A DNA stretch of 25,844 bases from a virus (taxonomy: Duplodnaviria > Caudoviricetes). Position 1 is the stretch's first letter. Every line of letters starts with the position of its first letter. Location of the stretch: IMG/VR virus record IMGVR_UViG_3300020042_010673, positions 1 to 25,844 of that record; one strand, written 5' to 3'. Below the pieces are notes generated by a model. It was not told the origin of the DNA. It was given only the letters and a program-made list of their open reading frames with translations, and searched no databases. The position numbers were made by a program, and so were the translations under genes. Positions 16,992 through 24,240 of this stretch are shown here, one piece after another.

Positions 16992-17342
16992 TTAGGTGGT
17001 GATGTTTTCAAAGTCAACCGCAGTAACGCTGATACGCATAAAGCCCTTAGCTTCCCCACGCTCCTCAATCTGGGTGATGTGGCCACCGGTAAAGGCAACC
17101 CCATTACCGGTGAAGGTAAGGGCATCACCAATAGCACCACTATAGGTTGAAGGCACAAGACCTTCAACAGTCAGGTTAACACGCTTGTCAGAATAACGGA
17201 CAGCAATGACTTCACCCACAGAGTTAACCACTTCATCAGCATTAGCCCAAGAGCTGCTGACTGTGTAGCTCTGGACAGTCAAGCCGGTGACTGTGCCATT
17301 AATGCCGTAGATGTGGGCTGTTCCTTTGGTAGTGGTGGACAC
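16992..17342 (-). CDS. Probable major tail tube protein (minimal, 116 aa)
   Basis: GTG start, T/V/G-rich beta protein, canonical position after the tail terminator, long AT-rich leader. Confidence 0.65.
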   Translation of the reverse strand: MSTTTKGTAHIYGINGTVTGLTVQSYTVSSSWANADEVVNSVGEVIAVRYSDKRVNLTVEGLVPSTYSGAIGDALTFTGNGVAFTGGHITQIEERGEAKGFMRISVTAVDFENITT

Positions 17343-17374
17343 GGATTTGGTAGGTTAAATTTTAAAGTGTTATG

Positions 17375-17398
17375 CTTTAACTATGCACCCCAAGTCAA
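17375..17398 (-). promoter_or_regulatory. Late-gene motif copy before the tail tube gene
   Basis: TTGAC-TTGGGG-TGCAT-AGT-TAAAG. Confidence 0.65.
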
Positions 17399-17413
17399 AC
17401 GACAGGCTAGGCT

Positions 17414-17848
17414 TCAGGCCGGGGCTAGCACCATTAAAACATCATATTCAATGCTAGTGGTAAGGGCACGCTCAGCCGGCTGATAGTTAAGACTGTTAAA
17501 GGTTGTATCATAGCAGGTGGCATCCCCGGTAGCTACAAAGGCTGCCTTGATGGTCGCTAAGCTGTCCATCAGGCCGGTGACTTCCTGAGTAGCGTTTCTA
17601 TGGGTAGTTTCAGTTTCATCATCAATGTTGTTAACCACCCCAATAGTTACCTTACACAAATAGTTTCCAAGACCCTGTGCAATGTCCGGGGCTGGTTGGG
17701 CTGACTCACAGCTAACCACAATGCTTGGAAGCAGCAGCTCACCTGTTTCTTCACCCCGGTAGATTTGGTAAGCAGCCAAGGCAGGTTCAGCCTTAAGCAC
17801 ATTTGAAATAGCTGTTTCAACAATGTTTAATGGGGACTTGGAAGCCAT
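17414..17848 (-). CDS. Probable tail terminator protein
   Basis: 144 aa, acidic, IYRGE...LPSIVV pattern; position. Confidence 0.6.
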   Translation of the reverse strand: MASKSPLNIVETAISNVLKAEPALAAYQIYRGEETGELLLPSIVVSCESAQPAPDIAQGLGNYLCKVTIGVVNNIDDETETTHRNATQEVTGLMDSLATIKAAFVATGDATCYDTTFNSLNYQPAERALTTSIEYDVLMVLAPA

Positions 17849-17851
17849 AGG

Positions 17852-18796
17852 TTATTTAGGTGATTGATTATTGTTAGCCTTGTTAAAGGCAATACGCATA
17901 AAGTGTCTTAGTCTTTTGGTCATCTTCCCAGCCCGGACAGCCATCACTTCCCGCTTTGTGCCGGCCAGATAGCCTACACCAAATATGTTGGCTAGGTCAT
18001 TCCGCACAGTCATCATCACATTGTTTGTGCCAGCACCACCATAGATGTTAAGCCCAACCCCTCCGTGTCCGGCTTTGTGTCTGGTAATCCAAGATGGTAG
18101 CTTGCGTAGGCCAAAGGATTTAGGCATCCCATTAATCATAGGTTTTCCAATTTTATTGATAGCGGTAACCCAGCCAGCCTTCATCCAACCAACCCTTAGC
18201 TGCCTACGCTTTGTGTAGGACTTTATAAGACTAAGCTCAGCAAAGGCTGGTGGTTCACCCCTAAGGTTTCCTTTGCTATTCTTGCGGATGCGTCCCTTGT
18301 AAAGCTTTCGCAAACGATTATGCCGGGCTTCCAAGGCACTGTCATTTTCTATGACATTGATGCGTCTGCCGTTCCAATTCTTAAACAGACTGCTAGCCCT
18401 TTTGAAAGCCCTTTCAGTGTCTGTGTCTAACCAGATTTTACTGATGATGCCGGAAGTTTTAGGTGGTTTGCCAGACCTCCACTTTTCAAATTTCTGCCTA
18501 GCATTTCTTTTTGAGTTAATAGCAACACCTAGGCTTTTGCTATCTTCTGAAACAGTAAGCCCAATGTCATTGGCCACAGCCCAATTTCCCCAAGTTAAAG
18601 CAATCTTCTTATCACCTTTGCCACCACTTATCCCATCTAAAGGGGGACTGTATTTGATAGCTTCCCGGCAGGTCAAAGCACCTTCCTCTTTAACTAGGTC
18701 AATAGACAGCTGCTTGGTGTAAGCACCAAAGTCTTTATAGGCTGTAACCAGCTTATCTGCTAAAGCCCGGTTAACTCTAATGTTGATGTCAGCCAT
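17852..18796 (-). CDS. Basic neck / tail-completion protein
   Basis: 314 aa, very K/R-rich, VGWMKAGW motif; between head closure and tail terminator. Confidence 0.6.
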   Translation of the reverse strand: MADINIRVNRALADKLVTAYKDFGAYTKQLSIDLVKEEGALTCREAIKYSPPLDGISGGKGDKKIALTWGNWAVANDIGLTVSEDSKSLGVAINSKRNARQKFEKWRSGKPPKTSGIISKIWLDTDTERAFKRASSLFKNWNGRRINVIENDSALEARHNRLRKLYKGRIRKNSKGNLRGEPPAFAELSLIKSYTKRRQLRVGWMKAGWVTAINKIGKPMINGMPKSFGLRKLPSWITRHKAGHGGVGLNIYGGAGTNNVMMTVRNDLANIFGVGYLAGTKREVMAVRAGKMTKRLRHFMRIAFNKANNNQSPK

Positions 18797-19125
18797 TAAC
18801 GCTGGTCAGCATCCTGACAGCTGAGCTGCACCCAAGCACTGCCGGGTTTGGTTGTCTTTGAAACAATCCGATAGACCCGGCCAGCCCAAGTGACCTTCTT
18901 ACCAATGGCCATAAAGGAAGCAGCTGCTAGGACGGCAGATGTAGCCGGCAGCTTGATAACTGTATCAATCTTATCCATCACCCCACCCAGCTCAAATGAT
19001 GGGCTAAGGGTAGCATCAGAAATCATACAGTCATAGTTAACCGCATTGATGGTCACAGTCTGGCCGGCTTCAGCAGACATAGCTTGAGCATCGGCCAGCT
19101 TCATAGCTGCAAAGGAAGCATCCAT
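18796..19125 (-). CDS. Probable head-closure (gpFII-like) protein
   Basis: 109 aa from ATG 19125; GQTVTIN...GKKVTWAGRVYRIV pattern. Confidence 0.65.
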   Translation of the reverse strand: MDASFAAMKLADAQAMSAEAGQTVTINAVNYDCMISDATLSPSFELGGVMDKIDTVIKLPATSAVLAAASFMAIGKKVTWAGRVYRIVSKTTKPGSAWVQLSCQDADQR

Positions 19126-19146
19126 TATAGATGCAACGCCTGACAA
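19126..19146 (-). promoter_or_regulatory. Late-gene motif copy restarting expression after the moron
   Basis: TTGTC-AGGCGT-TGCAT-CTA-TA immediately followed by ATG. Confidence 0.6.
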
Positions 19147-19225
19147 ATAGACCTAGCCGGCAATGGGGCTAGGATGCCCTAGGAAGCCTTTGGGCTAGCC
19201 GGCCTATGTCCTGCCTAGGGCAGAC

Positions 19226-19262
19226 ACAGAAAGACCCCACTAGGGTCTGCCTAGTGGGGTCT
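19226..19262 (-). terminator. Intrinsic terminator of the moron
   Basis: 13-bp stem AGACCCCACTAGG/CCTAGTGGGGTCT, 5-nt loop, short T tract. Confidence 0.75.
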
Positions 19263-19273
19263 GGTGTTGCACC

Positions 19274-19531
19274 TTAACCTTTGACTACCTTGCCGGTGGG
19301 CATCTTCACAGCTTGGCCTTCAGTCCACAGCACATAGCAGATGCTAGTGCCTAGCAGATGCCTGACTGCTGTGTGGGGAAGCCCCATCCACTTTGCCACT
19401 GCCACTGCCTTAACTTCAGCCGGCTGGCCGTCAGCAGTGCCACCATCATAATAGGCAATTACTTGCCCATTGGCTTTGGTGATTTGGTAAGCCCGGTAAG
19501 GGCAGGTTTCGGGTGCGTTGCGTTTTGTCAT
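19274..19531 (-). CDS. Moron-encoded hypothetical protein (85 aa)
   Basis: ATG 19531 after an A/C-rich leader (CCCAAAAACAAA); has its own promoter and terminator. Confidence 0.65.
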   Translation of the reverse strand: MTKRNAPETCPYRAYQITKANGQVIAYYDGGTADGQPAEVKAVAVAKWMGLPHTAVRHLLGTSICYVLWTEGQAVKMPTGKVVKG

Positions 19532-19643
19532 TTTGTTTTTGGGTTTGGTTTCCAGCTGACCGGTAGGGTCAGCCAAAATGATTATGACAAAGCTTCAATG
19601 AACAGGTGATGGTTAACCATTACAGCTAACCTTCACTTCTAAC

Positions 19644-19671
19644 ATCATAGCAGATAGTTTTATTTAGTCAA
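19644..19671 (-). promoter_or_regulatory. Sigma70-type promoter of the moron
   Basis: TTGACT-N16-TATGAT with extended -10 TG (TGC-TATGAT), AT-rich. Confidence 0.7.
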
Positions 19672-19705
19672 GCAAACAATTTTAACGCATCCGGAAAGTG
19701 GACAC

Positions 19706-19735
19706 AAAAAAGCCCCACCATTTCTGGTGAGGCTT
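19706..19735 (-). terminator. Intrinsic terminator after the major capsid gene
   Basis: AAGCCTCACCA-GAAA-TGGTGGGGCTT followed by a T run. Confidence 0.88.
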
Positions 19736-19756
19736 GAAGCTGTAAGGGTCTTAACC

Positions 19757-20632
19757 TTACGCAGTCTTGATACGCTTACCGCTTGTGCCTCGGGCGGCCT
19801 TGACACCAAAACGCATTGTGGCCGTAAGACGAACAATGCCGTCAGCATCCTGCGAGCGAAGCACCTGAACCGAAAGACCGGAAGGGTCAGTGGCTGTGGA
19901 AACTTCACCCGGGAACATACCGGCATAAGGGGCTGCCATACCGATTGCCAAAGAGTCAGCTCCACAGGCAAACGCTGCCAGATTTTCTGCGTTGGTAGGC
20001 AGGTCAGTGAATTCAAAGACTTGGAAGCCGGAGATTGTGCCAATCAAACCGGAGCTGATAAGCGAAGACTGACCATTGCCATTGAACGGAGCTGTAAGCG
20101 TAGCATCCTTACGGAGAGCACCGGCATAAGCACCATTAACCAGAAGGCAGCGGGGGTCACCGGCCTTAGCGTCATTCAGGTCTGTGTTCAGGTCAACAAC
20201 CTGAGCATAGTTGAAGTTAGCGGCAGTGATGACTTCATTAGCAGAGAAGTTAGCATTGATGAGGGTAGCACCAATTTCAGCGTGCACCTTCTTCACCAGC
20301 TGGTTGATAGCTTCCGGAACGAAAGCCCGGGCAAGGTATTCTTCACCATACTCACCAATTTCATCAGGCGAGAAATCCTTGGTGCTGTGCAGGTGTTTAA
20401 GCGTCACGCTGACGGCCGTCAAATTTGCGTCATCGGCCTCTTTGTAGCCACCATTAGCCTTGGAAAATTCCTTGGCAGCACCACCGGACACAAGGCTGAC
20501 CTGAATGGTCTTGCCAACAGCGTTGGTAGAAAGGTTGGTGGAGAAAGCGGACAGGAAACCCAAGCGACCCTTAAGGCCGGGCAGGATGATTTCGGAAAGG
20601 GCTGCCGGGGCAGCCGAGAATGTATTAGCCAT
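19757..20632 (-). CDS. Major capsid protein (HK97 fold inferred)
   Basis: 291 aa after the scaffold and before a terminator; GKTIQV, RCLLVN, GLIGTISGFQVFE and MRFGVK patterns of coat proteins. Confidence 0.85.
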   Translation of the reverse strand: MANTFSAAPAALSEIILPGLKGRLGFLSAFSTNLSTNAVGKTIQVSLVSGGAAKEFSKANGGYKEADDANLTAVSVTLKHLHSTKDFSPDEIGEYGEEYLARAFVPEAINQLVKKVHAEIGATLINANFSANEVITAANFNYAQVVDLNTDLNDAKAGDPRCLLVNGAYAGALRKDATLTAPFNGNGQSSLISSGLIGTISGFQVFEFTDLPTNAENLAAFACGADSLAIGMAAPYAGMFPGEVSTATDPSGLSVQVLRSQDADGIVRLTATMRFGVKAARGTSGKRIKTA

Positions 20633-20670
20633 AGTAGTAGTTTATTAGGTTAGGTTAAGGTTAGGAAAAT

Positions 20671-21489
20671 TTAGGAAAGGTTAAGAGGGTCAAGAATAGC
20701 CTTATGCTTACGGAAGAAAGCCTGCTTTTCTGTGCCGGCCTTCATCTTAAGGAAGGTAGCCCAGACGCTCTTGGCATCTGTGACTTCTTCCGAAGCAAGC
20801 TTGTCAGCAGGGGAAGCGTCAACCGGCTTCATCCCAAGATTGGAAATCACCTTGGCAGCTTCCTTGGAAGCAGTGACCTGTGTGGCCTGAGCGTCAGCAA
20901 GCAGCTTGGACAGCTCAGACTTTTCAGCTTCGGCCTGAAGCTTGTGGGCTTCAAACTCAGCCTTCAGCTTGGTGGCCTCATCAACAGCAGCCATCTTCTC
21001 AGAAGCAAGAGCTTCAAAGGACTTCTGAAGGTCAGCCTTCTCAGTCTGAATAGCTGTGAGCGTAGAAGCCAGCTTTTCAACCTGAGCTTCAGGGGTGAGG
21101 GATGTAGTTTCGTTAAGCATCTTATCAATGCACCTTGAGTCAAATGCCTTGGCTTCCCGGTCTAGCTTAGCCACTTGCTTTTCAGCCCAATCAGCAGCGT
21201 CCATAACATCACCGGAAACAGACCCACCCCAGATAAGCCAAGCCACAGCACCAGCACCCGGAAAGTCCGGGTTGCCGGGTTTATTCTTTGGGGCATCAAG
21301 GTCAGGCTTATGCCTAGCAAACCAAGCCGGCATCCTTCTCAGCTTGCTTTCAGTGGTAAAACCTTGGGCTAGCTCTCTAGCTTCATCCAAGGTTTTATCT
21401 GTCAGGCCATCACCACCCTGACCTTCCCGGTTGTAATCTAGACCCCTTTGAGCGTTGGCCTTGATGAAATTGGGAACATCAACAGGCAT
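20671..21489 (-). CDS. Head protein: N-terminal globular domain fused to a coiled-coil scaffold; probable internal start at 21120
   Basis: N-terminal 123 aa with RMPAWFARH and AVAWLIWGG; C-terminal 149 aa are A/E/K-rich coiled coil. Confidence 0.75.
   Translation of the reverse strand: MPVDVPNFIKANAQRGLDYNREGQGGDGLTDKTLDEARELAQGFTTESKLRRMPAWFARHKPDLDAPKNKPGNPDFPGAGAVAWLIWGGSVSGDVMDAADWAEKQVAKLDREAKAFDSRCIDKMLNETTSLTPEAQVEKLASTLTAIQTEKADLQKSFEALASEKMAAVDEATKLKAEFEAHKLQAEAEKSELSKLLADAQATQVTASKEAAKVISNLGMKPVDASPADKLASEEVTDAKSVWATFLKMKAGTEKQAFFRKHKAILDPLNLS
21121..21143 (-). promoter_or_regulatory. Late-gene motif copy inside the ORF, in front of in-frame Met124
   Basis: TTGAC-TCAAGG-TGCAT-TGA-TAAG-ATG. 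Confidence 0.65.
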
Positions 21490-21492
21490 TGT

Positions 21493-22311
21493 TCAGGCAG
21501 CCTTCTTAAAGACTTGCTTATAGGCAGTAGGTTCAAGCTGCGTCATCAGCACCTTGAAGCTGTCCACCAGACCGGTGGCCAGACCCTTCATAGCAGCATC
21601 CCGGCCGGACATAGAAGCACCGGTCAGGTCAGCATCAGCAACCATTTTACGCTTAAGCTTCACATTGCCCTTAAAGGTATTGGCCGTATCAATGACGGAC
21701 TTTTGCAGGTAGGCTTCCTGTGCAGATGTGACTTCAGTGCCGGGAATACCAATGCCCTTAAGCTCATCAGACCGGAACACCTTAACCTTGATACCCATAG
21801 CCTTGGCCTGTTCAGAAACATCTGTAACAACGGCATAGACCCCCACGCTTCCCACGGAAGCTGAAGGGCTGACTGCCACCCGGTCAGAAGCACTGCCAAT
21901 CCAATAGGCACTGCTGTTCATAGACCCGGCACTGAAGGCAATGGTTGGGATTTTCAGCCCACGGATTTTAGCAGCCAATTCTTCCACACCATCAATAGTG
22001 CCACCATCTGAATTGATGTTGAAAACAATTTGCTTTGGGTTGGCAGCAACAGCTTGGTCAATCCAATCATCAAGCACTTCAACATCTGTTGCCCCGATTG
22101 CTTCAATGGGGCTGAGTCCCTTGCCAATCATACCGGTCACCGGGATTACAAAGGTGCTTCCAACCTGATAGGGCTTAGGAGCTTCACCAAAGAATTTGGA
22201 AAGCAGGTCTGTGAAGCCAAGCTTTTCAGCTGTGGCAAGGTGCTGTTGGGCAATCTGGTAATCCACCAGAAAGACCTTCTGGCCTTGGATGGCTTTAATA
22301 AGGTTACGCAT
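21493..22311 (-). CDS. Prohead maturation protease, S49 (SppA / lambda C) family
   Basis: INSDGGTIDG, MNSSAYWIGSASD, VGSVGVY and GLATGL motifs. Confidence 0.9.
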   Translation of the reverse strand: MRNLIKAIQGQKVFLVDYQIAQQHLATAEKLGFTDLLSKFFGEAPKPYQVGSTFVIPVTGMIGKGLSPIEAIGATDVEVLDDWIDQAVAANPKQIVFNINSDGGTIDGVEELAAKIRGLKIPTIAFSAGSMNSSAYWIGSASDRVAVSPSASVGSVGVYAVVTDVSEQAKAMGIKVKVFRSDELKGIGIPGTEVTSAQEAYLQKSVIDTANTFKGNVKLKRKMVADADLTGASMSGRDAAMKGLATGLVDSFKVLMTQLEPTAYKQVFKKAA

Positions 22312-22322
22312 AATTAAAGTGA

Positions 22323-23846
22323 TTAGGTGTCTTGGTTTTCAGTGTGTTCCTGCTTTTCAATGGCAGGGCTTTCAGGCTGGCCGGCTTCGCCATTGTCAGC
22401 CTGACCCATCTGGACTTCAGCAGCAGTGGGCTTGCCCTGTCCCTGCTGAAGCCAATTGAAGCCGGGCTTGTAGAGCGTCCAAAGCGGGATGCCTTCCTGC
22501 TCAGCCAGCTGCATAATAAACTTAAAGTCAGCAGCACGCTTGGTCATTTCAGTCCGCAGGTCTAGACCACGCTGTGCATAAATCTCAGACATAGACAGCA
22601 AGCCTAATTCAACATCAGCCCGGTCAGACGCAGCATCCCGGCCGGCATCAATGGTCAGACGCTTGGGGGTAGTCCAGCTGACCTTCCACCAATCGGGGCT
22701 GTCAGGCAGCTCACCCTTGGCAATCTTAGTGCCAATAACATAAAGATAAACAGGGGTGCAAAGCTTCTCAATCAGGATGGTCTGCCACCGGCTAAAGATG
22801 CGGTCAGCCTTAGCTGCAATCAAACGCAAGGCAGCACCACCGGAAGCACCGGGGTTGCTGGTGAATTCATAGGGGATTGTCCCCCGGGCAATGTCCTTTT
22901 GAACTGCCTCTAGGAAAGCCACAAAATTATTACCGGGGCGTTTGCTTTCTAAGCTGGAAAGCTGTTCACCGGGTTCAAGCACAGCAAGCTTGCCACCAAG
23001 CTTCCGGGCTAGCTGCTCACCATTGCTGCCGGAAGCACCAAGCTCATCCTTCAGCTGGCCGGCCACAAAACCATTTTGCTTGTGCAGCACCCTAGTAAAA
23101 TCTGCGTCATTCTGGACAGCCAGCATTTCCAATTTCAGGATAGCGTCTTCCGATTGGATGTCTGCCCAGCTATGTTGTAGCAGGGGTAGTCCCCGGCTGC
23201 CGGAAGAATAATCCTGCTCACAAATCTGACGGACAGAAGAAGCTTCACGGAGCTTGCTCTTGCCGTTGCCTTCAAGGATGTTGAAAGCCCGGATGCGTCC
23301 AACGCTATCAAACTGCACCCCATCAATCATCCCGGCCGGCACAGGTTCACCAACAGGGTCACCAACCCGGTGACCTTCCAGCATCTGAAGCTTGGGCTGG
23401 CCTTCTTCATCTTTAACGAAAAGTGCAAAGCTATCACCATCACGGATAGCACCCCTAAGCAGGATGCGTTGGATTTCCACCCAGCTAAACCTTCCGGTAA
23501 TGTCTAAGCCCTTGGCAGCTTCAGTAAAAGCTTCTTCATACAGCTTAGCCTTGGCTGCATCTGAGCAATGTGACTGATGGGTTAGAGAGTCACCCACCAC
23601 ATAGGTCACGAAGTCACCAAAGATTTGACGGACTAGGCCACAGTTTCTTTCACCATACCGCAGACGCTTAATCATTTCCAGCCTGTCAGCCGGGGTATAG
23701 TCAGCACTAAAGTCAACCGCTGTGCCGTAGATGGCAGCCCGGTTTCCGTTATTCTGGATGCTGGTAAACTGCTGCGTGCCAGCCAGCTTCTTAGGCTGGG
23801 TGGCTTCTGCGGTTGTCTGGATGATACGCTTAGCTTTCTTGGCCAT
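22323..23846 (-). CDS. Portal protein, lambda family
   Basis: 507 aa; RDGDSF, LQMLEGHRV, DGVQFDSVGR, RGLPLL, LEPGEQL and W..PKRLTIDAGRD motifs. Confidence 0.92.
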   Translation of the reverse strand: MAKKAKRIIQTTAEATQPKKLAGTQQFTSIQNNGNRAAIYGTAVDFSADYTPADRLEMIKRLRYGERNCGLVRQIFGDFVTYVVGDSLTHQSHCSDAAKAKLYEEAFTEAAKGLDITGRFSWVEIQRILLRGAIRDGDSFALFVKDEEGQPKLQMLEGHRVGDPVGEPVPAGMIDGVQFDSVGRIRAFNILEGNGKSKLREASSVRQICEQDYSSGSRGLPLLQHSWADIQSEDAILKLEMLAVQNDADFTRVLHKQNGFVAGQLKDELGASGSNGEQLARKLGGKLAVLEPGEQLSSLESKRPGNNFVAFLEAVQKDIARGTIPYEFTSNPGASGGAALRLIAAKADRIFSRWQTILIEKLCTPVYLYVIGTKIAKGELPDSPDWWKVSWTTPKRLTIDAGRDAASDRADVELGLLSMSEIYAQRGLDLRTEMTKRAADFKFIMQLAEQEGIPLWTLYKPGFNWLQQGQGKPTAAEVQMGQADNGEAGQPESPAIEKQEHTENQDT

Positions 23847-23852
23847 AAAAGA

Positions 23853-24107
23853 TTAGTCCTGCAAGTTATCCCAAGTCTGCCGGATTACTGTTGTCCGTTC
23901 CCCATAGACAGTAGGATTAAGGACAGACAGGGCAAAGGAAGTTTCTGCAAAACGCTCTTTAGCCGGCATTGTTACCTGCTTCCCTACCGAAGTCCCGCTG
24001 TCAGAATAATTGACAGTGACTAGGCCGGTTGTCAGCTCAGCCAATGCAGCATCCCGCATTGAAAGCAAAGTTGCTTCAGATAACCCTATGAAAATGCCGG
24101 AAGCCAT
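23853..24107 (-). CDS. gpW-like head completion protein
   Basis: 84 aa between terminase and portal; helix-hairpin (VNYSDSGTSV)-helix pattern. Confidence 0.6.
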   Translation of the reverse strand: MASGIFIGLSEATLLSMRDAALAELTTGLVTVNYSDSGTSVGKQVTMPAKERFAETSFALSVLNPTVYGERTTVIRQTWDNLQD

Positions 24108-24128
24108 TTAGGATGCAGTTTAAGTCAA
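24108..24128 (-). promoter_or_regulatory. Late-gene motif copy before gpW/portal
   Basis: TTGAC-TTAAAC-TGCAT-CC-TAA immediately followed by ATG. Confidence 0.65.
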
Positions 24129-24138
24129 TTAGGGTTCA

Positions 24139-24204
24139 CACCTTGGCCAGCCCCAAGCAACGCTTATGAAGACCCATCCTATTGCATCACTTCTGGCCAA
24201 GGTG
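24139..24204 (-). ncRNA. Candidate hairpin small RNA with antisense loop
   Basis: 12-bp perfect stem CACCTTGGCCAG/CTGGCCAAGGTG around a 42-nt loop; upstream TTGACA-N16-CACATT (24244-24217); loop complementary to the start of gene 8586..9137. Confidence 0.55.
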
Positions 24205-24240
24205 CTACTGCCGGCAAATGTGCCCCGGCTTGGCCGGCTG

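Noticed and set aside
12866-24128. Sigma54 (-24/-12) interpretation of the late motif
   Set aside because: The invariant GG is missing, spacing varies by 1 nt, and in two copies the ATG is only 8 nt after the GC, upstream of where a sigma54 transcript would start.
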